This document shows, one piece after another, positions 1 through 8,233 of a DNA stretch of 64,000 bases (position 1 is the first letter of the stretch; each line of letters opens with the position of its first letter). Origin of the DNA: Bacillota bacterium (GTDB lineage: Bacteria; Bacillota; JAAYKD01). Below the pieces are notes generated by a model. The model worked only from the letters and a program-made list of their open reading frames with translations, had not been told where the DNA came from and did no database searches. The stretch lies in assembly GCA_012522585.1 (NCBI GenBank), contig JAAYKD010000069.1, forward strand, positions 1,602-65,601, in the 5' to 3' direction. The position numbers and the translations under genes are program-made.

Positions 1-689
1 TTCAGATGATAACGCCTCTTCTAGGCAAATATATCTATCCCGGATCCGAAGGCAAAGAGCTAGCAGTCTTACGCTATGGCACCGTCGTTTCCAATGCCGG
101 CTATTTGGGTAACCCCATGGCTCTGGCTCTTTATGGCAGTCAAGGTCTGCTCTATGCCTCTATATTTTTAATTCCTCAACGAATTGTTGTCTGGTCTCTG
201 GGGGTCTCCTATTTCACCGGCAATAGGGGCAAGAAGATGTTCAAGCAGATCCTCTTTCACCCCTGCATTTTAGCGGTCATTGTCGGCCTTGTTTTGATGC
301 TGGCCCAGATTAAACTCCCCAGTGCTTTGGTCAAGGTTCTGCAACATGGAAGCAATAGTGTCACCCCTATTTCCATGGTCTTGATCGGCAACCTTCTAGC
401 CGATATTTCCTTTAAATCCTTGATCAACAAAACTATCCTCTGGTATACAACTGTTCGCCTCATTTTGATTCCGGCAGCCGTCTTAGCAATTTGTTCTGCT
501 TTGAATTTACCCACCATGGTCACAGTCATCTCAACTCTATTGGTAGCCATGCCAGCCGGAGCGACAACTGCTATTTTAGCAGCCCAACATGATGGCGATG
601 ATGTGCTAGCAGCTAAAATAGTCTTCTTTACTACATTTTTATCCTTGATCACTGTGCCCATCTTCATCTTAATCATGAACAAACTTTAA
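1..689 (+). CDS. AEC (auxin efflux carrier/malate permease) family membrane transporter, C-terminal part (5' end lies upstream of window)
   Basis: Hydrophobic multi-TM translation (..GNPMALALYGSQGLLYASIFLIPQRIVVWSLG.., ..VAMPAGATTAILAAQHDGD..) typical of AEC permeases. The ORF runs to the window edge. Confidence 0.6.
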   Translation, partial: QMITPLLGKYIYPGSEGKELAVLRYGTVVSNAGYLGNPMALALYGSQGLLYASIFLIPQRIVVWSLGVSYFTGNRGKKMFKQILFHPCILAVIVGLVLMLAQIKLPSALVKVLQHGSNSVTPISMVLIGNLLADISFKSLINKTILWYTTVRLILIPAAVLAICSALNLPTMVTVISTLLVAMPAGATTAILAAQHDGDDVLAAKIVFFTTFLSLITVPIFILIMNKL

Positions 690-792
690 TCACGATGGCG
701 ACGATGTGCCAGCAGCTAAGATAGTCTTCTTTACTACCTTCTTATCCTTGATTACTATGCCCATCTTCATCTTAATCATGAACAAGCTTTAG
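588..792 (+). repeat. Two tandem copies (about 100 bp each, about 90% identical) of the 3'-terminal coding segment of the AEC transporter. Copy 2 (691-792) lies immediately after the stop codon and keeps its own stop.
   Basis: Direct comparison of 588-689 with 691-792 (cacgatggcgacgatgtgccagcagctaag...catcttaatcatgaacaagctttag). Confidence 0.85.
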
Positions 793-888
793 AATCAGGG
801 CTTGACAATAAAATGAATTTCGTTATAATGCAAGTGTAAACTTTACACCTAGGGTTTATAGATTAATTAAATACTGGTTGCATGATGA

Positions 889-1078
889 TTTCGAGAGAGT
901 GCGAAAGGCAATAGCTTTTCGACGCCGAAGGGGCCCGCGCGGGAAACTCTCAGGCAAAAGGATCGAAATCGGACGACCACTCCGGAAAGCCAGACTACCA
1001 GATGGATGTCTTGGCACCGAAGAAGCAATCCGCAGAGACCTTTAAACTAAAGGATCTTTTCGGGGAATCTTTCAGGTT
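889..1078 (+). promoter_or_regulatory. Glycine riboswitch. One well-conserved aptamer (about 890-975) plus a degenerate second aptamer (about 985-1075).
   Basis: Aptamer 1 contains GAGAG...GACGCCGAAGGGGC...GAAACTCTCAGGCAAAAGGA, matching the glycine-aptamer core. Aptamer 2 contains GGCACCGAAGAAGCAA...AAACTAAAGGATC. Confidence 0.6.
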
Positions 1079-1082
1079 ATAA

Positions 1083-1126
1083 GACGGAGGCGCACGAAAT
1101 ATCGTAGTGCCTCTGTCTTTTTTTAT
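1083..1126 (+). terminator. Intrinsic terminator serving as the riboswitch expression platform
   Basis: GACGGAGGCGCAC...GTGCCTCTGTC stem followed by TTTTTTT. Confidence 0.6.
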
Positions 1127-1164
1127 GAGCTTTAGCTACGAAATCAAGAAAGAGTGAAGAGAGT

Positions 1165-1302
1165 ATGGAGCACAAAACACCTTTATACGACTGCCATCTT
1201 ACAGCTGGAGCCAAAGCCACACCCTTTAGAGGCTATTTGCTCAAGGTTAAAATAGGAAAAGAAGACTTGATCGGTAACAAGGCACTTCCCCTAAAGAGCT
1301 GA
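1165..1302 (+). pseudogene. gcvT: Remnant of the 5' end of gcvT (aminomethyltransferase): 45 codons, then a stop
   Basis: The translation MEHKTPLYDCHLTAGAKATPFRGY.. matches the GcvT N-terminal motif (K/R-TPLYD-H...GAK...F-G), then diverges and terminates. It is preceded by a GA-rich RBS. Confidence 0.5.
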
Positions 1303-1422
1303 GCCGAAAGTTTTACAAGTTAGGCTAAAAGCGGCAGAGAGAGGCAGAGCTTAAGGATTTTGTGCTTTCTGAATCAAGCCAAAGGAAATAAAAGTTGATT
1401 ATAAAGAAAAGGAGCCAATAAT

Positions 1423-2820
1423 ATGCAAAATGAATTCGATCTTGCGGTAATTGGTGCAGGGCCTGGGGGCTATGTAGCTGCCATTAGAGGAGCTCAGTCA
1501 GGCATGAAGGTTGCACTCATTGAAGAAAGAGAAATTGGTGGCACTTGTTTAAACAGAGGATGCGTTCCCACCAAAGCGCTGATGCATTCCGCCAATCTTT
1601 ACCGCCAAATTAGCCGTAGCGATCTCTTCGGTATTGAAGCCACAGACCTAAAATACGATATGGAAAAAATCTATTCACGAAAAGACGAGGTTGTATCAAA
1701 GTTACGCAGTGGAGTTGAGTTTCTCATATCAGCTAATCAAATTGAAATCATCAGAAGCAGAGGCCTGGTTACAGACCAAAACACAATAAAAACAAAGGAC
1801 AGAGAGATTAAAGCTAAGAATATACTCATTGCCACCGGTTCCTCTCCTGCTCGACCTCCTATTCCGGGCTTGGATTTACCAGGGGTCATGACCAGCGATG
1901 AATTACTGAATCAGCAGCAAGGACCCGGCTGCCAAAGTCTCATCATCATCGGCGGAGGCGTTATAGGCATGGAATTCGCCGGAATATTTTCATCTTTCGG
2001 TTGCAAAGTCACCGTCATTGAGGCGATGGACCGTATTTTGTCAACCATGGATAGAGAAATCGCTCAAAATTTGAGTATGATCATGAGGAGGCGGGGTGTA
2101 ACTATAAATACGAGGGCAAGGGTAAACAAAATCGAGCAAACAGAAGAGGGCTTGATCTGCCATTATACCCAAAAAGAAACCTCTAAAGTTGCTGAAGCAC
2201 AAGCAGTGCTCGTGGCCATCGGGCGAAAACCAAATGTTGATGGATTATTCTCAGAAAACCTCAATATAAAGACTGAACGGGGAATCGTTGTTAACGAGCA
2301 TTTCCAAACCAACATCCCTGGTATCTATGCCATTGGAGATGTTATTTCTGATGGCATCCAGCTGGCTCATCTGGCTTCAGCACAAGGAATAACCGCTGTA
2401 TCTCATATGATAGGCAATCCTTCCCCCGTCGACCTCAACACAATACCCTCCTGCATCTACACTGAACCGGAAATTGCCTCTGTGGGTCTTTCTGCAGACC
2501 AAGCCAAGGCCCAAGGGCTTTCAATTAAAACAGGGAAATTCCCTATGTCGGGCAATGCAAAATCAATCATCGAAGATGAAGACCGAGGTTTTATCAAACT
2601 AGTCTTTGATAGTGAAACAGAGGTAATCCTCGGTGCACAAATGATGTGCGGCAGAGCTACCGATTTAATCAGCGAAATGTCAACAGCCATCGTCGCCAAG
2701 CTTACCTTGGCCGACCTAGGCTCCGTGATTCGACCTCATCCCACCTTTATCGAAGGGATCAGCGAAGCCTTAGATGGCACTCATGGCAAAGCCATTCATA
2801 TTGCACCTAGAAACCGCTAA
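1423..2820 (+). CDS. lpdA: Dihydrolipoyl dehydrogenase (E3/L-protein)
   Basis: FAD-binding GAGPGGYVAA, redox-disulfide CLNRGCVPTK, NAD site GGGVIGMEFAG, and a C-terminal dimerisation HPT motif. RBS AAGGAG upstream. Confidence 0.93.
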   Translation: MQNEFDLAVIGAGPGGYVAAIRGAQSGMKVALIEEREIGGTCLNRGCVPTKALMHSANLYRQISRSDLFGIEATDLKYDMEKIYSRKDEVVSKLRSGVEFLISANQIEIIRSRGLVTDQNTIKTKDREIKAKNILIATGSSPARPPIPGLDLPGVMTSDELLNQQQGPGCQSLIIIGGGVIGMEFAGIFSSFGCKVTVIEAMDRILSTMDREIAQNLSMIMRRRGVTINTRARVNKIEQTEEGLICHYTQKETSKVAEAQAVLVAIGRKPNVDGLFSENLNIKTERGIVVNEHFQTNIPGIYAIGDVISDGIQLAHLASAQGITAVSHMIGNPSPVDLNTIPSCIYTEPEIASVGLSADQAKAQGLSIKTGKFPMSGNAKSIIEDEDRGFIKLVFDSETEVILGAQMMCGRATDLISEMSTAIVAKLTLADLGSVIRPHPTFIEGISEALDGTHGKAIHIAPRNR

Positions 2821-2822
2821 AT

Positions 2823-2863
2823 TAAAAGCGCTATCTTCCAATCAAAGATAGCGCTTTTTTACT
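2823..2863 (+). terminator. Rho-independent terminator after lpdA
   Basis: AAAGCGCTATC..GATAGCGCTTTTTT hairpin plus a T-run. Confidence 0.75.
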
Positions 2864-2875
2864 TAGAAACTCTAA

Positions 2876-3005
2876 CAATTGTAATTTCTTACCTTAAATT
2901 TTCCCGACAAAAATTTTCTGTTTAATCCTCTTGGGCTGTTCTTGCAAGGATTTTCTCTTGATCATATTTATCCAAATTGACCCAATAATCGCTGAAAACT
3001 CTAAA
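2876..3005. repeat. Degenerate (about 70% identical) duplicate of the 3' end plus 3' flank of the glycyl-radical enzyme gene (authentic copy about 3006-3135)
   Basis: 2880-2996 aligns with 3010-3130 (..cccgacaaaaattttctgtttaatcctcttgggctgttcttgc..atttatccaaattgacccaataatcgctg.. against ..cccagccaaaaaatcgctgtttattcttcttgagcagttcgagc..atttatccaaattaacgaaataatcgctg..). Confidence 0.7.
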
Positions 3006-3046
3006 TTATCTTTTTCTCTTAATATTCCCAGCCAAAAAATCGCTGT

Positions 3047-5398
3047 TTATTCTTCTTGAGCAGTTCGAGCGATGATCTCCTCTTGATGGTATTTATCCAA
3101 ATTAACGAAATAATCGCTGTAACCGGCTACTCTGACTAAAAGATCTTTATATTCGGCTGGGTTCTGCTGGGCTTTTCTCAGTGTCTCAGTGTCCACCACA
3201 TTGAATTGGATGTGGTGACCGCCTAAACGAAAATAGGTTCTAATCAAGGCAGCCAATTTTTTCAAACCCTGCTCCCCTGCTAGAGTCGAAGGCATGAAGC
3301 GTTGATTGAGCAAGGTGCCTCCGGAGTAACTTTGATCCATTTTAGCCAAGGATTTAATCACTGCTGTGGGACCATTGCGATCAGCGCCGTGAGAAGGTGA
3401 AGTCCCATCTGATTCCGGCAGATGAGCCAAACGACCATTGGCGCTTGCTCCCAGCATTTTGCCAAAATAAACATGACAGGTTGTGGAGAGCATATTCAGA
3501 TGATAGGTGGGCCCTTTAGTGCTATGGCGCCCTTCAATATTATCTAAAAGGGATTGATAGACCCTTTGCATAATTTTATCGGCCCGATCATCATCGTTGC
3601 CATAGAAGGGTGTCTGATTGAGCAATTTTTGTCGCAGCGGCTCATGACCTTGGAAATTATCACTCAAGGCTTGTAGCAATTGCTCCAGCGGGACAGTCTT
3701 TTCATCATAGACATGGGTCTTGATAGCTGAAAGGCTGTCCGTCACCGTTCCTATACCGCAGCATTGAATATAGGTCGTATTATATTTAGGACCTCCGTCG
3801 TAGTAATCTTTGCCACTTTCAATACAGCCTTCGATGACCACGGAGAGGAAAGGAGCCGGAGCATATTTTCTGAACATATGTTCTAAATAGTTGTTGACTC
3901 TGATCTTGGTGTCGACGACGAAACTCAATTGCTTTTGGAAAGCTGCGTAGAGATCATCGAAACTTTCAAAATCTCGGCCCGTGCTCAAGCCGATTTTTTT
4001 ACCGCTCAAGGGGTCAACTCCATCGTTTAAAGTCAATTCCAAAACTTTAGGCACGTTGAGATAGCCGGTCAACAAATAGGCTTCCTTGCCGAAACAGCCT
4101 GTCTCGATACAGCCACTGTTTCCCCCTTCTCTGGCATCCTCAACGCTTTTGCCTGAGCGTACCTGTTCCATGATGACCATATCCGTATTGAAAACGGAAG
4201 GATAACCATAGCCCTTGCGGATAATGGCAGCTGCTTCTAGGAGGAATTTTTCCGGAGTTTTTGCGCTGATCTGAACATTACACTGAGGCTGCAATAAGTG
4301 AAGCTCATCGAAAACTTCCAACAAGAGATATGAGACTTCACTGACTCCATCACTGCCATCTCTTTGCAGGCCACCAATATTGATATTGACGAAATCATTA
4401 TAGGTTCCGCTTTCCAAGGCGGTCACACCGACTTTGGGTGGGGCCGGATGGTTGTTGAATTTTATCCATAAACAGCTCAAGAGCTCCTTAGCTTGATTTC
4501 TGGTCAAGGTGTTGGCAGCCAGTTCTCTAAAATAAAAGGGTGCTAAATGCTGATCTAAATGACCTGGGCTCATAGAATCCCAGCCGTTCAATTCCATGAT
4601 GGTGCCTAAATGGACAAACCAGTACATTTGAAGAGCATCATGAAAACTCTGGGGAGCTTGAGCCGGAATGCGGCGACAGCGCTCAGCTATATCCAACAAT
4701 TCGGCTTTACGCTCAGGGTTATCTTCCTCTTGGGCCAATGCTTGGGCTTTTTCAGCATGTCTTTGACCATAGCGAATCAGTGCCTGAGCGGAAATCATCA
4801 TAGCTTTATATTGCTCATTTTTATTGCCCGCTTCAGGGTCCTTGAGCCAGTCCAATTGGCTTTGCCGTTCTTTTATTTGCTCAATGAAATCGTCCATACC
4901 GTAAAGATAGATTCTACCGTCTAAGGCAGTATGTCCGGGAGCCCTTTGCTCCATAAATTCAGTGAACAAACCTGCTTCGTAGAGGTTCTTCCAAGTATCA
5001 TCGATTTCGGCAAAAGCTTTATCCCGCATACTGCGCCCCCGCCAATAAGGAATCACTTCTTTTTCATAGATCAGCTTATCCTCCGAACTGATCTTGTAGC
5101 CTGCCATCTCCCTCGTATCCAAAACATCTAGATCCTCTAGAGTATGACAAGTCAATTCCGGAAAAGAAGGGACGACTGCGGGAGCATTTCCTCTTTCCCC
5201 TACGATCAATTCCCCTTGACCGATATAGATTTCTTTCTGATCGCAGAAATGATAAAAATTCTTGGCTCGCATGACGGGAACCGAATATTTACCATCATTC
5301 TCTCGATAAAATTCTGTGACCAGCTTGGCCCTTTCCGCACTGAATTTTACAACAGCCTCTCGACTCTCTTGACGCAATCTGGCAACTCGTTCAGTCAT
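3047..5398 (-). CDS. Glycyl-radical enzyme of the PFL2/DhaB-like eliminase family (glycerol dehydratase / HypD / CutC-like). Substrate unassigned.
   Basis: C-terminal glycyl-radical motif RVAGYSDYF. Active-site thiyl-Cys/Glu motif GCIETG. WFVHLGTIMELNGWDSMSPG and FMEQRAPGH blocks resemble C. butyricum glycerol dehydratase. The likely true start is the second ATG (MTERV..), which has AGGAGG 7 nt upstream; the listed ORF begins 6 codons earlier. Confidence 0.85.
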   Translation of the reverse strand: MTERVARLRQESREAVVKFSAERAKLVTEFYRENDGKYSVPVMRAKNFYHFCDQKEIYIGQGELIVGERGNAPAVVPSFPELTCHTLEDLDVLDTREMAGYKISSEDKLIYEKEVIPYWRGRSMRDKAFAEIDDTWKNLYEAGLFTEFMEQRAPGHTALDGRIYLYGMDDFIEQIKERQSQLDWLKDPEAGNKNEQYKAMMISAQALIRYGQRHAEKAQALAQEEDNPERKAELLDIAERCRRIPAQAPQSFHDALQMYWFVHLGTIMELNGWDSMSPGHLDQHLAPFYFRELAANTLTRNQAKELLSCLWIKFNNHPAPPKVGVTALESGTYNDFVNINIGGLQRDGSDGVSEVSYLLLEVFDELHLLQPQCNVQISAKTPEKFLLEAAAIIRKGYGYPSVFNTDMVIMEQVRSGKSVEDAREGGNSGCIETGCFGKEAYLLTGYLNVPKVLELTLNDGVDPLSGKKIGLSTGRDFESFDDLYAAFQKQLSFVVDTKIRVNNYLEHMFRKYAPAPFLSVVIEGCIESGKDYYDGGPKYNTTYIQCCGIGTVTDSLSAIKTHVYDEKTVPLEQLLQALSDNFQGHEPLRQKLLNQTPFYGNDDDRADKIMQRVYQSLLDNIEGRHSTKGPTYHLNMLSTTCHVYFGKMLGASANGRLAHLPESDGTSPSHGADRNGPTAVIKSLAKMDQSYSGGTLLNQRFMPSTLAGEQGLKKLAALIRTYFRLGGHHIQFNVVDTETLRKAQQNPAEYKDLLVRVAGYSDYFVNLDKYHQEEIIARTAQEE

Positions 5399-5412
5399 TT
5401 TATTCCTCCTGA

Positions 5413-6291
5413 TCATTCTATGTTTCTTCGGGCTTCGAGACCACCGGCTCTTAAATAGTCTATGGCTCGGTCCATCTCAGATTCCGTTGGTGTTTCAATA
5501 TGGGGTAATTTATATTCTCGGTTCAATTTTTCATATTTGTTGATCTGCATATGGTGATAGGGCAATAGCTCCAGGGGCCAAGGATTTTCAAACTGCTTAA
5601 AAAAATCGATAATCCTATCGAGATTTTTTTTAGAATCGTTGATTCCCGGTATCAAAGGCATTCGAACAATACCGGCATAACCTGCTCTGATCAAATTGGC
5701 CAAGTTATTTAGAATCAGAGTGTTGTCAACACCTGTATACTTCTCATGTTCTCGGCCAGCCATATGTTTCAAATCGTAGAGAAATAGATCAATATGAGGA
5801 GCCAAGTCTGCTAAGATTGGCCAAGGGCTGTAGCCCGATGTATCCAAAGTTCGATGGATACCCTCCTGGCCTGACAATTTGAGCAACTCCAACAGAAATT
5901 CCGGTTGACTTAAAGGCTCACCACCGGAGAATGTAACTCCGCCACCTGATTCATCATAAAAGAGTCGATCCTTTAAAATGATCTCGTGAACTTCTTGAGC
6001 CCTTTTAGTTTCACCGACCCAAACCCGAGCTTGAGTCAAACAAGCATCAACACAAAGCCCGCAGAGCAAGCAATTTGCACTTTGCTCTAAGCCTTGGGGG
6101 CAAACTTCCAGACAGCGACGACAATCGATACACAGTTCTTCTTGCCAAAGAATCTCTTTAGAAAAACCTTGGCTTTCAGGATTGTGACACCACCAACAAT
6201 TCAAAGGACAGCCTTTGAAAAAAACCGTGGTGCGAATACCCGGACCGTCCTCGATACTGTAGCGCCTAATATTAAAAATGGTACCTTCCAT
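5413..6291 (-). CDS. Glycyl-radical enzyme activating enzyme (radical SAM, with two extra ferredoxin-like Cys clusters)
   Basis: CPLNCWWCHNPE (CX3CX2C) near the N-terminus. CIDCRRCLEVCP and CLLCGLCVDAC clusters. GGEP SAM motif. The stop overlaps the GRE start region. Confidence 0.9.
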   Translation of the reverse strand: MEGTIFNIRRYSIEDGPGIRTTVFFKGCPLNCWWCHNPESQGFSKEILWQEELCIDCRRCLEVCPQGLEQSANCLLCGLCVDACLTQARVWVGETKRAQEVHEIILKDRLFYDESGGGVTFSGGEPLSQPEFLLELLKLSGQEGIHRTLDTSGYSPWPILADLAPHIDLFLYDLKHMAGREHEKYTGVDNTLILNNLANLIRAGYAGIVRMPLIPGINDSKKNLDRIIDFFKQFENPWPLELLPYHHMQINKYEKLNREYKLPHIETPTESEMDRAIDYLRAGGLEARRNIE

Positions 6292-6424
6292 GCTTCTTTT
6301 CCTTCACTATTTATTAGTCTTATCTTTCGCCATAGACTAAAAATTTCCTGCTAGAGAACAATAAAGGAATGCTTGCCAGACAAAGCGAACTTTTTAAAAA
6401 ACAAGGACAAAGGGGTTAAAAGCA

Positions 6425-7054
6425 ATGACAGATTTAGCAGCGCTCTTTAAAATTTCATATGGACTTTACTTGATTGGAGCTAAAAAAGAGAATAAAGAAA
6501 ATGCATGTATCAACAATACCTTGATTCAAATCACCTCGGAGCCTCTGCGTCTCTTGCTGGCCATGAACAAAGGGTCATACACTCACGATCTGGTCAAAGC
6601 AACAGGGCAATTATCCGTTGCTGTCATTGATCAAAGAGCTGATATGAGTTTCTTCAACCATTTTGGAACTAAAAGCGGCAGGGATATTGATAAGCTAGAG
6701 GGTTTCCCCGTCCTCTTCTGCTCCAATGGTTGCCCCAGTGTTGAAGGCAACATCTGTGCTCTTTTTGCAGGTGAGGTTGAGCAGACTATTGATGTGGGCA
6801 GCCACAGCCTCTTCATCATCGCTGTCCAAGAAGCAGCAATCAAAAGCGATTACGAACCCATCACCTATGCTCAGTATCGCAATTTAAAGAACACAGGCAG
6901 CATTGAAATCATCAAGACAGAAAAAAAGGAATACAAATACATCTGCACTGTCTGTCATTACGAGTATGACGGGGATATTCCCTTCGAAGACCTGCCCGAT
7001 GATTATAAATGCCCGATCTGTGGGGTGGGCAAGGAATTGTTCATCAAAGTTTGA
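6425..7054 (+). CDS. Flavin reductase-like domain fused to a C-terminal rubredoxin domain
   Basis: N-terminal flavin-reductase-like fold ([12 protein letters not shown]..). C-terminal [10 protein letters not shown]...[10 protein letters not shown] is a canonical rubredoxin CxxC...CxxC. Confidence 0.75.
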   Translation: MTDLAALFKISYGLYLIGAKKENKENACINNTLIQITSEPLRLLLAMNKGSYTHDLVKATGQLSVAVIDQRADMSFFNHFGTKSGRDIDKLEGFPVLFCSNGCPSVEGNICALFAGEVEQTIDVGSHSLFIIAVQEAAIKSDYEPITYAQYRNLKNTGSIEIIKTEKKEYKYICTVCHYEYDGDIPFEDLPDDYKCPICGVGKELFIKV

Positions 7055-7062
7055 TTGAAAAC

Positions 7063-7099
7063 AAAAAAACCGAGCCGATTAATCCGGCTCGGTTTTTTT
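7063..7099. terminator. Bidirectional intrinsic terminator between the convergent rubredoxin-fusion and ilvE genes
   Basis: AAAAAAACCGAGCCGATTAATCCGGCTCGGTTTTTTT. Confidence 0.8.
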
Positions 7100-7110
7100 A
7101 AACTAGTCTT

Positions 7111-8184
7111 CTAGACTTGCTGAATCCAATTGAATTCATCTTTCAGTCTACCCCATTGAATTCCGGTCAATGTATCATAGACTTTTTGAGTTACTTCCCC
7201 TGTTTTGAAATCATTGATGGTCAGAACTTTGCCTTTATAGAAGAGTTCACCGACGGGTGAAACGACTGCAGCAGTTCCCACAGCAAAGATTTCTTCCAAG
7301 GTGCCATTTTCATGAGCTTCGACTAAATCATCGATGGAGATATTGCGTTCACTGACCTTCATGCCCCAATGGCGCATTAGGTGAAGTGCTGAATCGCGGG
7401 TAATACCGGGAAGAATTGTTCCTTCTAGGGGTGGGGTGATGATTTCGCCGTCAATTTTAAAGATGACATTGGTGGTTCCAATTTCTTCTATATATTTGCG
7501 ATGGATTCCATCCAACCACATGACCTGAGAATAGCCTAAAGATCTGGCTTTTTCTTGACCGGCCAAAGAGGCTGCATAGTTACCGCCTGTTTTAGCTTCT
7601 CCAGTTCCACCTTTGATGGCTCTGACGTATTCGTCTTCGACAAAAATCTTGACCGGACTGACTCCTTCAGGATAATAGGAGCCGGAAGGTGAAAGTAAAA
7701 CGATGAAGAGATAGGTGCTGGAGGCTGAAACGCCAACAGAAGGCTGAGTAGCTATACACATGGGCCTGATGTAAAGAGAAGCATCTTTAGCTTGGGGGAC
7801 CCAGTCCTGATCGACTTCGACAATTGCTTTGACAGCCTGAACAAAATCGTCAACCGGTATTTCGGGCATGGAGACTCTTCTATTACTCCGCTGCATGCGA
7901 GCGCCATTGGCTTCGGGTCTGAACAATTGAACCTTTCCATCGTCACGGCGGTAGGCTTTCATGCCTTCAAAGGTTTCTTGAGCATAGTGCAAAACCATTG
8001 CTGCCGGATCCATGGAGATGGGCCCATAAGGAACGATTCTGGGATCATGCCAGCCTGTTCCTCTGGTGTAGTTCATGACGAACATGTGATCGGTAAAATG
8101 TCTGCCAAATCCTAAATTAGCCTCATCGGGGCGTGGTTTAGGATTTTCGGTTAGGGTAATTTTAATATCCAACAAAAAGATCAT
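7111..8184 (-). CDS. ilvE: Branched-chain amino acid aminotransferase
   Basis: N-terminus ..ENPKPRPDEANLGFGRHFTDHMF.. and overall class-IV aminotransferase pattern. 357 aa. Confidence 0.9.
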   Translation of the reverse strand: MIFLLDIKITLTENPKPRPDEANLGFGRHFTDHMFVMNYTRGTGWHDPRIVPYGPISMDPAAMVLHYAQETFEGMKAYRRDDGKVQLFRPEANGARMQRSNRRVSMPEIPVDDFVQAVKAIVEVDQDWVPQAKDASLYIRPMCIATQPSVGVSASSTYLFIVLLSPSGSYYPEGVSPVKIFVEDEYVRAIKGGTGEAKTGGNYAASLAGQEKARSLGYSQVMWLDGIHRKYIEEIGTTNVIFKIDGEIITPPLEGTILPGITRDSALHLMRHWGMKVSERNISIDDLVEAHENGTLEEIFAVGTAAVVSPVGELFYKGKVLTINDFKTGEVTQKVYDTLTGIQWGRLKDEFNWIQQV

Positions 8185-8233
8185 CCTCTCTTTTTTTTAT
8201 AACTATTTCACTGCCTTAGCCAAGGCTTTGAAT

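Noticed and set aside
257-682. 141-aa minus-strand ORF, plus similar antisense ORFs inside the GRE gene (4610-5458), dnaK (26017-27051), dnaJ (24954-25493), the chaperonin gene, pntB and others
   Set aside because: All lie antisense within strongly supported conserved genes. They lack RBSs and have biased composition typical of shadow frames.
985-1078. Second glycine aptamer called as a full tandem aptamer
   Set aside because: The P1 and core motifs are only partly recognisable. It is reported as a degenerate or ghost aptamer rather than as a confident second ligand-binding domain.
5399-5416. Six extra N-terminal codons (MIRRNK) on the GRE ORF
   Set aside because: The AGGAGG Shine-Dalgarno lies inside those codons, 7 nt before the second ATG (MTERV..). 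The upstream ATG also overlaps the activase stop. The shorter start is preferred.
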